64,000 bases of DNA from Octopus vulgaris. Lineage: Eukaryota. Numbering within the stretch: position 1 is the first letter of the stretch; every line of letters begins with the position of its first letter. The position numbers and the translations under genes are program-made. The stretch covers positions 71,920,001 to 71,984,000 of the forward strand of contig OX597826.1 in NCBI GenBank assembly GCA_951406725.2, written 5' to 3'. Shown here in pieces: positions 35,697 through 50,456 of this stretch. Under the pieces are notes generated by a model that saw nothing but the letters and a program-made list of their open reading frames with translations, did no database searches and was not told the origin of the DNA.

Positions 35697-35700
<4 letters not shown>
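34958..35700. mobile_element. Large foldback element (~230-bp arms) plus shared tail; a 55-bp LINE tail is inserted at its right end
   Basis: agaaaaacctctattaaacaattca..aatgaaagatgttattcac / gtgaataacatctttcatt..tgaattgtttaatagaggtttttt; 35551-35605 matches the LINE tail at 16905-16960. Confidence 0.8.
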
Positions 35701-35757
<57 letters not shown>

Positions 35758-35965
35758 TATATATGTATTTATAAAAAGGAAAGAATAAATAGAGTCAAAA
35801 ATAAGAGGCAGTACATTTCAACAGCTGTTTAATGACTACTACACATGTTTTGATATGACATAGACCCACACATATAAAAGATTTAAATTTAAATTAAGTA
35901 ACACTTTACTTGTATAATGTATATATACATATGTTATGATTTAGAACAATCACTAAAAGGTTGTC

Positions 35966-36031
35966 ATTAGAGTACGCAGAGTTTCGAATGTCGGAGCGAA
36001 GAGCTATGATACATTCTTATCAGCTATTAAT
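35966..36031 (-). ncRNA. Degenerate hammerhead motif downstream of the Penelope-like ORF
   Basis: attaatag-ctgataa-gaatgt...acattc-gaaac-tctgc-gta-ctctaat (G8 changed to A). Confidence 0.45.
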
Positions 36032-36285
36032 GGCAACCGATGCTATGAAAAAAAACCATTGAATAAAATGGAAGTTACTCTGATAGGTAGAAAAAGAGAA
36101 AAAGATAGAAAAAATACATGCAACCATATTCTCACAGTACATAGGTATAAACTTCCTGCGTTCACAACATCTACATACATACACACTAACACAAACATGT
36201 ATACGTACATGCACATGCAAGCACACAAATATATGTTTATGTATGTACTCATACATAAACACATATCAACACACACATGCACACA

Positions 36286-36322
<37 letters not shown>

Positions 36323-37074
36323 CAAATAAGAAAATGGAGAAACAATTTAGTTTGTTCATCAACTTTTGGATATTAGAATGTTGAATTATTTATTCGTTTA
36401 ACAAAATGAGAACCTTAATAGCATACATATATATCTTATAATTGAATACATAAAAGATAAAAATACAAATTGTGAAAATCATAATATAGATTATTTAAAT
36501 CATTAAAATCACTCCTTACAGCTGTTTCAGCCTTCAACCTCATCCTCATATACACATAAGTGTTTACATGCATACACATAACATAATATATATTTAGACA
36601 TTTATACATATATATACAGACATATATTCACACTCTTGCATATGTACATACATATGTATATATATATATGATGATGATGATGATATATATATATATATAT
36701 ATATACACCCTCCCATCACACACCTACACCCACACATATACAAACATATGCATATCCGTATAAATAAACGGGATGTGTGCATGAAAGTCACACATATGCA
36801 CCAGACACAGTTGTACACTCATATACATACATATACACATACACAAATATACTCAGGCACACACATATACATATAAAATATTTACATACATATTCATATG
36901 CACACATACGTACACATTCACACAATTAAAAAGGAAAAGGGAGAAAAAATGAAAAAATGCATACAAAAAACTAGAAATTAAAAATAAATGGAAATTGAAA
37001 CATGGGAAATCTTATGCAGAAACATAGTAAAAATGTGGAGTCTAGCTGTGATCTTGTGGGGCCCAAAACCATAA

Positions 37075-37578
37075 CAGGTATTTTGTGATATGTGGACATT
37101 ATCAAAAAAGTTCATTTCTTGAATTTAGACATGTAGCAGGGTCCAAGGAACTTTTCCAGATAAGCCATCTTTCCATATTACAAAGACCACACTTGACACT
37201 ACCGTTGGTATAAAGTTTACATTTGGTTAAGATCTTCCAGTAAATCTTGTAGTTGACACCTTGTTCTTTTAAGAACCATATATAACTGAATAATTTGGTA
37301 GTTTTTTGTTTATTCCAGTGTCTGATGCTTAAGGCATAATTGTTGAATCTTGCTTTGAAATTTCCCTCTGTGAGACTTACATATCTCTTGGATGAAACTG
37401 CATTATTGGCATTTTTAGAATTTACAGTGGTTTCATAAAAAATAGTCTCAGTCATACAGACTCCATTTAGTGGGCATAAGTCTTTATACCTGTAGGAACA
37501 GATGGCTTCATGTTGTTGTGTTGCATTGTGTGTAGTTATGCTGTTAAAGTTTTGCTTGCCGAGAGCAACGCACTTCAC
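37075..37578 (-). pseudogene. Penelope-like element GIY-YIG endonuclease remnant
   Basis: CPLNGVCMTETIFYETTV...YVSLTEGNFKARFNNY...TKLFSYIWFLK...WKIL...KCGLCNMERWLI...LNSRNELF*xCPH follows the PLE pattern CPLxGxC...VY...YIG.TE..FK.R..NH...CxLC..EK...LNxRxE. Confidence 0.85.
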
Positions 37579-37736
37579 CTATTCTGTGAAACTTGTAAAT
37601 GACACCGATTGTAAATTGCATTTGTACTTAAAGACTTCTTTCTTCACCTGCCGGAGCCTGAACTACACAAAGAGCAAGATATAATGGGAGAAGGTGATAT
37701 TCTCCCGATATTGTAAACCTTGCCTTTCATTGTATA

Positions 37737-37837
<101 letters not shown>

Positions 37838-38984
37838 CAATATATATATATATATATTTATATCATCATCATCATCATTTAACATCCGTTTTCTGCGCTA
37901 GCACGGGTTTACACACATATATATGTATTTACATATATATATATATACACACACATATTTTTACAAGTATATATTCACACACACACACACATGCATGTAT
38001 ATATGTGCATGTGTGAGTGTGTATGCATGTATACATGTGTATGTATATACATTTATATCCGGCATCCGGTGGCTGGCACACTTCTTTATTGTAGTGCACT
38101 TGAGCACTATATACATTAATTCCATTACCATTATTTTTATATATGAGAACATGAATGAGCAACTCTAAAACAATGTACAGCAAGGGGTATCTTGGTGTAG
38201 CATGGAATTTCATAAAATATAATTCAAGGCTTTAAAAATTCTCTGTTGAATGGTTGAGTACCTTCAAAAGCATATTAGTCATAATTTTGTTATACACAAA
38301 TATGATTAACCAAGCATTTGTGTTCTTTATTTTTCTTCAAAATTTTTAACTTTAAAATATAACTTTTTTGTTTTTTTAGCTTTCCATGCGAACTGCACCA
38401 ATGTTAATTTTGTCTGATATTTCGTGTGTCACAATTTCTAAAAGATTGTGGACCAATAACATAGAGTGTATGTTTGTTGAAGAGACAGCCGAGGCTCTAA
38501 TGTGAATGTAATTGAAATAAATGTGTTGTCTGATGTCATGGTAGATAGATGTATGTGGGTAAAATGAACTGGAATGGCTTTCTTGTGCGGGATGTGAATA
38601 GAGAAAGAAAGAAAGGAGGTGTAGAGAAGTGAAACAGCATGATGAGGGTTGACAGTGTAAAGTTTCTTTCGGAGCAAGGAAAGACATGAGAAGAAACAGT
38701 CAGATACATTGTTTCGAGGTAATATGGGAAGGAAAGAATTCATATAGGAAAACCGTGTCGATCCAATGCCTGCAAAGAGAAATGAAAATAAACATTTGAC
38801 GGTAATAGGGGTGGGATATATATGAGTGTGTGTGTACACATATATATGAGTGTGTGTATTAATAGTAAAGTATATATATATATATATATATATGTACATA
38901 CATACACGTGTATATATAAATATGTATATATACACACATACACATATATATACACTTTTATACATATATATGTGTATATATATG

Positions 38985-39142
38985 GTGTAGACAACAATAT
39001 ATATGTGTATATATATGGTGTAGATGTTTAATGCTCAGGAAATGAAAAAGTCTTTAACGTTTCAAGCCTACGCTCTTCCACAGAAAGGAACACAGAAAGA
39101 AACAAGGAGAGAAAATAAAGAATGTGTAGTGGCTAGCGATCT

Positions 39143-39147
<5 letters not shown>
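38985..39147 (-). mobile_element. Third copy of the 14065-14255 hammerhead-like element
   Basis: gtctttaacgtttcaagcctacgctcttccacagaaaggaacacagaaagaaacaaggagag...gtgtagtggctagcgatctatcat. Confidence 0.65.
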
Positions 39148-39225
<78 letters not shown>

Positions 39226-39472
39226 ATGAGTGTGTGTATTATTAATAAAGTATGTATACATATGTATATACATACACATGTATATATACACAGATACACA
39301 CACACAGATTTATATACACACATTTGTACATACATATATATGTGTGCATGTGTGTATGTATATATGTGTGTGTGTGTGTGTGTGTACATACACGTGTATA
39401 TATAAATATGTATAGATACATCCATACACACACACTCACATATATATATATATACATTTATACATACATATG

Positions 39473-39507
<35 letters not shown>

Positions 39508-40134
39508 ATACATACACACACACATATATATATACACATTTATACATATATATGTATATATATATGTGTATATATAAGTGTATATATATATATGTGTGTG
39601 TGTGTGTGTATATATATATTGACACACATTTATATATGCACCCACATATATGCATACATGTTATGTAAGTACATGAACATGTATAGACAAACCTGTGCAT
39701 ATCTATGTGTGTATGAGTGTATATACATACATACATACACACACATATATATATATGCATGCTTATATACTTGTATATATTATATCGTCATCACATCACA
39801 CAACCAACTCGGGAACTCCTGATAGTCATGTGATATGACTGGATACAGAGGCACCAGAAGACTTTCTCTTTATACCAATGACGTCATCATAGTTTATGTT
39901 AATATCAGTGGATGGATCCAGGGAGATAACTGTGTCGACTTCAACTTTTACCATCTTGTGATGGTTGTAGCGGTTGTAGTGTGAGGGGGTGCTGGTAGGG
40001 GTAACAGCTACGGTGGTAGTGTGAGGGGGGTAATGTGAGAGACGATTCTGTGGTTATGGAGTTAGTGTGGTGGGTGATAATGATAATTTGGCGGTTGTGG
40101 TAGCTTAAATAGTGGCTCTGACCGAATTTGTGGC

Positions 40135-40140
40135 AGTGGC

Positions 40141-40184
<44 letters not shown>

Positions 40185-40390
40185 CAGCAGTAGTAGTAGC
40201 AGTAGCAGCAGCAGTAGTAGCAGCAGCAGCAGTAGCAGCAAGTGGTGGTGGTGGTGGTGGTGGTAGAGGTGGTGTTGGTGGTGTTGGTGGTGATGCTGGT
40301 GGTGGTGGTGCTGCTGCTGGTGCTGGTGCTGGTGATGGTGGTAGTGGTACTAGTGGAAAGGATGGTAGTTGTGGTGGTGGTAGTTGAGGT
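40135..40390. repeat. Compound trinucleotide repeat (GTA)n(GCA)n(GGT)n
   Basis: Direct reading. Confidence 0.9.
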
Positions 40391-40637
40391 GGTGTTGCTG
40401 ATGTATATATGACGATGGTAGTAGCAGTAATAGTAGATATCACTGGTGTTATTAAATATAGAAATAGTAGGAATAATAAACGTAAAAAGTAATAGCATGG
40501 GAAAGAATGAAAGCCACCAAATCATTCCGGTCATGCTACATCTCATCTGTTATCTAGCAACACTGAAGTCTGAAAGTAGCAATGCTATGATAAGAACAAT
40601 ATTTATGTGGGTTGGACAGAGATACAAAGACAGATGT

Positions 40638-40843
40638 TTTCTTTCTACAATAGGCACAAGGCCTGAAATTTTGTGGGGAAGGGGACTAATCGATTACATC
40701 AACCCCAGTGCATAACTGGTACTTATTTTACCGACTCCGAATGGATGGAAGGCAAAGTCAACCTCGGCAGAATTTGAACTCAGAATGTAGAGACGGTCGA
40801 AATACCGCTAAGCATTTGGTCCAGCATGCTAACGATTCTCCCA
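40638..40843 (-). mobile_element. SINE family A
   Basis: ggcacaaggcctgaaattt...ggcaaagtcaacctcggcagaatttgaactcaga...gctaacgattct. Confidence 0.8.
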
Positions 40844-41630
40844 GCAGAGACAGTTAAATGCTGTTCTACTCACCCTTAAGTTAACAGGTTCAAACCTTGG
40901 TGATGTCATTATGTTTTGTTTAATCTCTTGGTCTTTCTCTGTGACCTTGCATCTACTGTTTATGAGAAGATATGATCTTATGTCCTCTGTGTAAGAGGGT
41001 TTAAATCTCATAATTACCCCGTGGGAAAGTTTGATCCAATGACCACTCACAGCTTAATGCCATGTGTAATCGGTGTGAGGGTTCAATCACATGTCCACTG
41101 TCTTTGAGAGGATTTGGTCTTATCTTCCCTCTGTCAGACGCCTCTATGTTGACTCAGTGAGAGGATTTTAAATCCATTATCTGTATAAAATATGTCCACT
41201 GTCTGTCAACCCTATGTCCATTATGTACATCCTCTCCTGGTTGATAAATCAATGCAACTTTGACAGACTAGAGTAACCATCATAGAGTACATTTGATATG
41301 AGACTTTGATATTAACATTAAAAAAAAAATCAGAAAAAAAATAGTACACACAGAAAAAGTGTATTTGTAGTGTCTTTTATGAGTTCCTGAAATGAGAGAA
41401 TGTCGCAGGTCACATCCTCTCAGACTGGCCATACTGCAGCATTTGATGTTTATCTCGAACATCTGTAGATCTGCATCTATAGGATGGTCTTGGTATGGAA
41501 GATTATGGAGGAGTATTTATTGGAGGATCTGGGAGAGGAGACAGAGTAAAGCTGAAAGGTATTTGCTTTGATGAGAATGGTAGCAAGATGAGAGGAACAA
41601 AAGCATTTGCTGTTATGATGAAAGAGACAG

Positions 41631-41701
<71 letters not shown>

Positions 41702-41962
41702 AAGATGTGACTGTGAGCCAGAGGTTGTAATGTGTTAATGACTGAATCTTTGCTTATTAGTTTGATTAGCAAACTAATTAGCAAATTAGTTTGATGACCT
41801 TCTGAATATAATCTGTGATGTTTGGCTGCGTAACACTAATACCATCTCAGATATGTGCACAATGCTAATCCATTGTGAGTTCTACATTAATTTTGTTGAG
41901 GATTGGCAACTAACATACATCCTGGCTCTACAGGTCTGGCAATGTCACATATATATATCCAG

Positions 41963-42195
41963 GTGGAGACTTGTGGCATGATTGTAAGATTGTGGTTTCG
42001 ATTCCTGGACCGGGCGACGTGTTATGTTCTTGAGCAAAACACTCCATTTCCCATTGTTCCAGTCCACTTATCTGGTAAAAGTAAGTAATCCTGCAATGGA
42101 CTAGTGTCACATCCAGGGGGTAAATATATATATGCCATGGAAACTGAGAAACTGGCCCTCATGAGTCCATGGGGCTCAAGAAGAATGCATTTTAT

Positions 42196-42259
<64 letters not shown>

Positions 42260-42493
42260 GCACCCTTTTAAAGCCTATCCAGGCTCATGGGCCCGGTTTC
42301 CTGGTTTCTATGGTGCATGTGTTCCCCAGCTGGATGGGACGCCAGTCCATCACAGCGTTACTCATTTTTGCCAGCTGAGTGGACTGGAGCAACGTGAAAT
42401 GAAGTGTTTTGATCAAGAACACAACGCGTCGCCCGGTCCAGGAATTGAAATCACAATCTTACGATCATGGTGCCACTAAGCCATGCGCCTCCA
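41963..42493. mobile_element. Inverted pair of family D SINEs around (TA)n
   Basis: gattgtggtttcgattcctggaccgggcgacg (+) versus cgtcgcccggtccaggaattgaaatcacaatc (-). Confidence 0.8.
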
Positions 42494-42744
42494 CACACAC
42501 ACACACACATATACATACATCTTGGCTGCTATTAAAGATCATCTGATATTGTGGAACAATATTTTACATCCATAGGAAGTTTGAAGGTTTTAATGATATT
42601 CTTGACTTGAAAAGATGAAGTACAACATTGTTGTGGTGATTGTAAGGATTGTGTCTTTGTTTTGTTGAAAGTCAGAAGGCTGTCATGTCTTCATTGAAAG
42701 ATACTCTAAAAGTTTCTGCTTTTGTATTCAATGCATGTCTGATA

Positions 42745-43520
42745 TTGGTTTCAAATCTCAGCACAGGATCAACAGTTTTTTGTGGGGAGGGTGTTAGTCA
42801 ATTACATCAACCCCAGTGCTTGACTGGTATTTATTTCATCAACTCTGATAGGATGAAAGACAAAGTCGACCTCAGCAGAATTTAATCTCAGAATGCAAAG
42901 ATGGAAGAAATGCCACTAAGCATTTGCCAGGTATGCTAACGATTCTGCCAGCTTACCACCTTACATGCATGTCTAATATTAGACATGAGGTGTATAGGGC
43001 ATCAGGGACAAGTAACGTCTTTAACATGTCATACTTTTAGTGGGTAATTTGCCTGTTCTGGCCTACATTTGGCACCTAACTCTCACCTGTAGCTCCAAGG
43101 AACTGTTTGCATGCTACAGTGGCCATACACTGATGAACTACTTTGATTGGTGGGCTACACCTGTTGAGGATAGCCAACAGGTATGTAACTCTTAGTGAAT
43201 TTGAGTTGTCTACAAATGTACCTGAAGACTGGACCTGACAGACTCTTCATGGTTCAATGGAGAAGATAGCAGCATGGTCACAGTCCAATGACTGAAACAT
43301 CATCATCATCATCATCATTTAACATTCCTTCTTCATGCTGGCATGGGTTGGACAGTTTGATAGAAACTGGCCAGCTGGAGAGCTGCCATCAGGCTCCATT
43401 GTCGGTTTTGGCAACCGGATGCCTTTCCTAATGCCAACCACTTTACAGAGTGTAGTGGATGATTTTAACATGGCACCAACACAGGTGCTTTTATGTGGCA
43501 CTGGCAAGGGTGCCACATGA
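42745..43520 (-). mobile_element. Family A SINE (42745-42962) and family B SINE (43298-43520)
   Basis: caaagtcgacctcagcagaattt...gattctgccagct; (CAT)n tttaacattccttcttcatgctggcatgggttggac. Confidence 0.75.
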
Positions 43521-43746
43521 TAAGTAAAAGATAAAAGTTAAAAGATAAAACATCAACAAAGTGAGTTTGACATTTTTGCTTTATTTAAAGTCAAGAAAGA
43601 TAAATTGAAAACGGGAGGCAAAACAAATCCAATGGAATTATAAATCTCAAAATATTTCTTTGAAAAAAAACCAGAAAATAACAAAAGAAAACACAAAAAA
43701 TATTCATTAATTTATGCATAATTAGAATATGATTTTTTTCAATCAA

Positions 43747-43806
<60 letters not shown>

Positions 43807-44213
43807 ATCATCATTATTATTATTATTGGCTGAAGACCAAAATTTGCAAAAGGACACAGTATTTATCAAATTCAGAGAAAATATGAACTAGATGAGGAAT
43901 TAATTAAGCTAAGGACCGAGAGGGACAGAAGCAATTATACTACATGTAATTCAAATACCTGCTACCATAGCCATCGAGGCCACCCTATAAAATATTATAA
44001 AGGAAATGCCATCGAGCAAAGGCTACAGTTTTAGGAAGTGAAGACTGTAACCCAGTTTTGATTCCCAGTGAATGCGGAGTCACCTTATATCAATTATACA
44101 CAGTACTTAAGCCTCCAACTCTGAGAAAGTTATGGACATCAAAAATTTCATTCTACTCTCTTATATACTGGTGTTCTTATTCCCTCAGTGAGCCATCCAT
44201 TGTCTCCCACAGC

Positions 44214-44291
<78 letters not shown>

Positions 44292-44297
44292 GTATAT

Positions 44298-44336
<39 letters not shown>

Positions 44337-44476
44337 AGTTCACCAACTCGCCATCTCGACATGACAAAACTCAGATGACATATTACGAACAAACTAGACA
44401 CTGGTAACTTACATATAATGATTGCAGTCAGACAGAACAGGGATATGTTCTGTGTGTGTGTTTAAGTATGTGCATA

Positions 44477-44551
<75 letters not shown>

Positions 44552-44614
44552 TAATTGCTATATTCACATATATATGTAAGTATAAATGTACATATACTTA
44601 TATATCAGTATCTA

Positions 44615-44658
<44 letters not shown>

Positions 44659-44996
44659 CATGTGTGTGTACATACATACATACATATATACATACATACA
44701 TACATACATACATATCTGGGAGCAGAAAAAAAAAACAGATTTAGTTTATCTTTTTATTATAACATCACAAATTGCATAATCTTTACACATGTTTCACTAG
44801 CAAATACTAGTAGGTTGTACGGTAATCATTATGTATTAATAGATGATTGCATAATTACACTGAAACACCAGATCTTCTGAAGAAAATATAATTTAATCCA
44901 TAGTGATTTACCAACATTAGGTGGTTCAGAATGCTACATATATATTATATGTGTGTGTGTGTGAGTGTATGTATGTATGTGCACGCACATATACAT

Positions 44997-45069
<73 letters not shown>

Positions 45070-45594
45070 TATACATATATATATATATAAATACATGTAT
45101 ATACATTTATATATATATGCATATGCACACACATATTACACTTTAAGTATTCTTGGGAATCTTTTCCCTAATATTCTTTAGTGCTGATTCTAAGTTACCA
45201 AAGGGCTGCTATTATTAAGGCTTTTTTCCACAAATGTCTCCTTTTCCCCAGTAAGTATGTGGACTTGCAGTTAGGAATAATCTGTCCATTTGTATATGTA
45301 AAGAGCAGATGTATATATATATATATATATACATATATATTAGTTGGTAGGTATTCATTGCCTTACCTCTTGTCAGAAAAATAATAATATTAATAATGGT
45401 TCCTCTTTTTTTGACTAGGCAAAAAGGCACTATATTTCAGGGAAGTGGTTAAAAAGGAACTTGTAACATTCATGCCTCTCCAAAGGACAACGTGGATGTA
45501 ACTGAAGTCTACTTGCACCAACTGAGAATCAAAACTAAACTGCTCTCTCTCCATCACTTTTTACTAGAAAATTATCCCTTGCACTACAGTTCTT

Positions 45595-45668
<74 letters not shown>

Positions 45669-45694
45669 AATAATGATGACAATAATAATAATAA

Positions 45695-45921
45695 TTCTTT
45701 CTACTATAGGCACAAGGCCTGAAACTTTCGGTGAGGAGCTAAGTCAATACATCAACCCCTATACTCAACTGATAATGATTTTAATGACCCTGAAAGGTTG
45801 AAAGGCAACGCCGACCTCAGGGGAATTTGAACTCAGAATATAGCGACAGAAGAAATGCCACTAAGCATTTTGCCTGACATGCTAACGATTCTGCCAGCTC
45901 ACCACCTTAATAATAACAATG

Positions 45922-45989
<68 letters not shown>

Positions 45990-46915
45990 TTCTGAATTAG
46001 GCATAAAACCAGGAATTTGGGAGTGGGAAGCAGTCGATTATATCAATCTTCAAATCTTTACTGTTATGTGTTCTATTAAAATCAGTTTGATTTGTAATAT
46101 GGAAAGGCAAATTTGAGTGAGATTTGAACTCAGAATGTATAGAGAAGCAACTTAATGCCACAGGTTATTTTATTGAACACTCTACAGATTCTGCCAATCA
46201 ATTAGCCTAGTAGTAGTAATAATTGCTAACACTGACACAAGGCCACATTCTTTTGGGAGAGGGAAATCAACCCCAGTACATAGCGGGTACTTTTATTTTA
46301 TCAACCCTAGAAGGATGAAAGGTAAAATTCTCTTTGGCAGGAATTGAACTCAGAATGTATCTCAATACAGAAAGGCATTTCATCTGGTGTTCAATTCATT
46401 CTGCTAAACTACTATTCTGTCTACTGATTCTGTTGATCCAGCATTTTGTCTGACACTTTATGGATTCTGCCAAACTATTTTTTCTAATTTGGCCCAAGAC
46501 AACACATTTGCAAAGGAGTAGGAAGGAAGTTGACTTAAATGACTCCAGTAGATGACTGGTACTATTTTACAGAACACATAAGTTATATAAAAAAAAAAAA
46601 ATGCAATACAGTCAACCATTTGCTGGATTTGATCTCAGGACATAAAATATTCAGTCTGATATATTCTCTCCCATCTGTACTATTACTACTTGTAATATCT
46701 ATGATGATATCTTCAATTAGCACAAGGCCACATATTCACTGACAAAGGAAATAGTTTATTGAATTCAAAAATCCAGTATTTTGCTGGTATTTATTTTATT
46801 AACCCTAGAGATAAGAAAGTCAAAAAATTAACTAGGTGGGATTTGAACTCAGATCAGAAATAAGAGTTGTCAATAAATAATCTAGCGCTGTATTGTTTCT
46901 GCCACTCACCATCCT
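45695..46915 (-). mobile_element. Co-oriented cluster of about 5 family A SINEs separated by (AAT)n/(TAG)n
   Basis: Repeated gcacaaggcc...ccccag...ggtact...gaaagg...tttgaactcagaat modules. Confidence 0.7.
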
Positions 46916-46965
46916 TACTTCTACTTCTACTACTACTATTACTACTACTACTACAAGGAATCAAA

Positions 46966-47020
<55 letters not shown>

Positions 47021-48193
47021 GTAGTAATAATAATAATAATTCATTGAAATTAATCTAAAAGAAAACAAGCAGTCGTTTAGTGAATAATGACAAGGTTTTT
47101 AGGTAAATTTGGAAATATATATATATATATAAAAAAAAAATATTCACAGGAACTTTGACAGACAAGAAAGAACTGTTGTATTGCTGTTTTGTAGAGAAGG
47201 TATAAAATACTAATGGCAGACAAATGGTACACCGCTACAAATATCTTTCTTTTCCTTACTAAGATATTCAACAACAAAAGATTTTCACATTTTAATGGTT
47301 TAGTTACAAATTTTTCTCTTCTTTTACCTTCATTCAAATAATTATTTTTTTCAAGTTCTTTTCATAAATTTTTTTCAATTTTTTTTTTTAAACGAACTCA
47401 GTTTTTTAAAAAATATGTATACTAGTTTTAAAAAAATGTTTGCATGTCATATCTTTGAACCAGAGCGAGTTGAAAAAATGGTTAATAACTAAGTGGGAGG
47501 TGGGGCAAAATACAGGAAAAAGAAAGGGGAAACAACATGACAGTATAAATAACAAGAAGATCAACAACAAAAATAGGACTTTGGTATATTTTGCGATCTT
47601 TTGAAGAGTTGATAAAAGAGGGGAAAAAATGGAAACATTTTATTTTCAAATATAATTCTTACAGAAATTGACAAAATTTTAATTTTTTTCCTTTACTATA
47701 AGATAAAAAGAAACATTTTAAAGTAAGAGACAGAAGGAAAAAATCCAACCCAAAGCAGCAATTTAAGTACAACAGAAAAGAATTATGGGAAATGAAAGGA
47801 ATAAGGTGAAAAATGAAGTATCATGGGATATGAATGGAATAAGGTAAAAGAGATTTTAAGAGAAAGCAGAAAATATAAGACAAAATTAAAAGGAGGGGAA
47901 AAATGTAGAAGGGAATTGAAGGAATTTTGTCTTTGTTTTTTTTTTGTTTTTATTTATTTCTTTATTAAAAAGAAAGTTAATAAATTAAATTTTAAAAAAA
48001 AGGATACATTTAGACATTTTCATCTTTGTAATGTTGATAAAATTCAAATCTCTTTGGGCACTTGGAGATGAAAAAATTCCTTTTTAATTCATATATACAT
48101 ACATGTTATATATGTGTGTGTGTGTGTGTACATATATATGTATATATATGTGTATGTGTATATATATATACACATAAACATCATATATGCAAG

Positions 48194-48225
<32 letters not shown>

Positions 48226-48417
48226 GCATGTGTATATATATATTATATATGCATGTATATATTATATATATGCATGTATATATATATATATATATGTGTG
48301 TACATGAGTATATATATGTGTATATAGATATCTATAGATATGAATATATACACACAGAAACGCACATGCATATACACATATATTTGCATGTATATATACA
48401 TATTTGTGTATAAATAT

Positions 48418-48460
<43 letters not shown>

Positions 48461-48867
48461 TATATATATATAATGTAGTGTGGAAATTATGTAAGTTTCT
48501 TGACAGGTGTAGACTTATGTGTGTATGTGTGTCTTTGTTATTGCATATGCACACAGATCTCTATGTCTATATGTGTGTGTGTATATATATATATATATAC
48601 ACACATATATACATACACACACATATATACATACACACACCTGCGCATATATATATATATATATGCAAAAAAATATATATACACATATATATATATATAT
48701 ATACACATAATCTAGCCACAGAGATACAAATATATATATATATATATGTAAGCAAATATATATAAGTATATGAATAAATGTACATATACAAATATATCAT
48801 GGCTTAAATTTTAGTATTTTCACTTAGATTTTTTTATATTTTATATTATTTTATAATTATAATAATG

Positions 48868-48935
<68 letters not shown>

Positions 48936-49589
48936 GGTAGTAGTAATAATTATAATAATAATTACCATTATCATTATCATTATTATTATTATCGTTATTT
49001 TTATTATAATTAATGTGGGCAATATTTTGCATGCTGGCCATTCTACAAAGGATTTGACACAGTTTGTAGCGGCAGACACCTTCCATAAGGTGTGAAAAAA
49101 ACCACAACTTGCCTAATTCAGCCACATTACAGTGAATAACCAAGACACAACAACATCAAAACCACCTCCTTAGATTATGTATAATGTTAATTTTAAACAC
49201 TCAGCAAATTGCAAATAGATTCATAAATGCATATTTAGTGAAGAAAATTTTATGAAATCTAGAAATATTTATTGACATACACAAGACACGAGACACAAAT
49301 AGACAAATTAAATACAACACACACACACACACAAAAACAAACACACACATATGCAAGCTTATACACATACATTAAATAATTAAATGCATTGTGCACACTC
49401 ATATATAAACAGACATACAAACAGATACATTAATGACGCTCAAATGACTGATTGAGTAAGGAATTCCATATATTTTGAAAGTCATGGGTGATTACTATTA
49501 GAGTAGGAAGATGTTGATCAGCTAATTTAGTGCCTGAGTTTTCATAACCTGTCAATAGATAAAGATAGTATAAATATCCTTTCAGATAC

Positions 49590-49812
49590 CTATAGACTCA
49601 TAGGGCTGGTTTCCTGGTTTTCATGACACATATATTCCCCCTGGACAGGACGCTAGTCCATTGCAGGATTAACTCATTTTTCCCAGCTGAGTGGACTCGA
49701 GCAACATGAAATGAAGTGTTTTGTTTAAGAACACAACGCGTCGCCCGGTCCAGGAATCAAAACTACAATCTTACAATTAGTAGTTCAACAGCTTAACCAC
49801 TAAGCCATGCAC
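49590..49812 (-). mobile_element. SINE family D
   Basis: cagctgagtggactcgagcaacatgaaatgaagtg...gtcgcccggtccaggaatc. Confidence 0.75.
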
Positions 49813-50039
49813 TGTCAATTGCACTGTGTTGACCCCTAACTCTCATTGGCCCACTTCACTTAGCTGTAAATAGGTACCATGGTGGTAATGGAGATGGCTG
49901 AAAGTATTAAGTAAATATCTATTGTTTCGTTAGCTTGCTGTGCTAAGTGCAACCTCTTCTGTGGACACAGCTTGGAAAATATGATCTGACTTGTACCATA
50001 TGCACATGAAGAAGGTTTTAGTGCTGACCAAACGACCCA

Positions 50040-50260
50040 GGGTCCACAACAAGGTCCAGTCCTTGTTGTGGTATTGTGGCCTGTGGCCTCAATGACTGTG
50101 AGAGTTATGCTAGTGAAGCACAAGCTTGTAGGTAGGGCCTCCCTTGCTGGACAGGTCAAAGGTGAGAGGCCAGATAAATATGGAACACCTCCTCTTCTCA
50201 GAGGTAAAAATAGGTTTTTGTTGGGCCAACACCCCTACTTAGAAAAAGGCAAAGTTTCAA
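50040..50260 (+). mobile_element. RTE-type LINE 5' region fragment
   Basis: ccttgttgtggt...ctcaatgactgtgagagttatgc...ggtagggcctcccttgctggacaggtcaaaggtgagaggccaga. Confidence 0.5.
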
Positions 50261-50456
50261 AAGCATCAATGAGATTACAAAACCAACAAGACCTCCAAGA
50301 GATAGAGAACACAACCCAGAGTCAAGAACAATGGGGCAAAGCCAAACAATGGCCAAAACTCCATAGGGAATGGAGGGTTTAAATAAATAAACAACTCAGG
50401 CTAGAGAACAACCTTTGAAGTCCAAAAGTAATTCCCTTCCAACCATAATGTCATCT

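Noticed and set aside
40850-41600. Possible LINE endonuclease/RT remnant (minus strand, QETH-like trace near 41385)
   Set aside because: Too degraded to support by eye; needs BLASTx.
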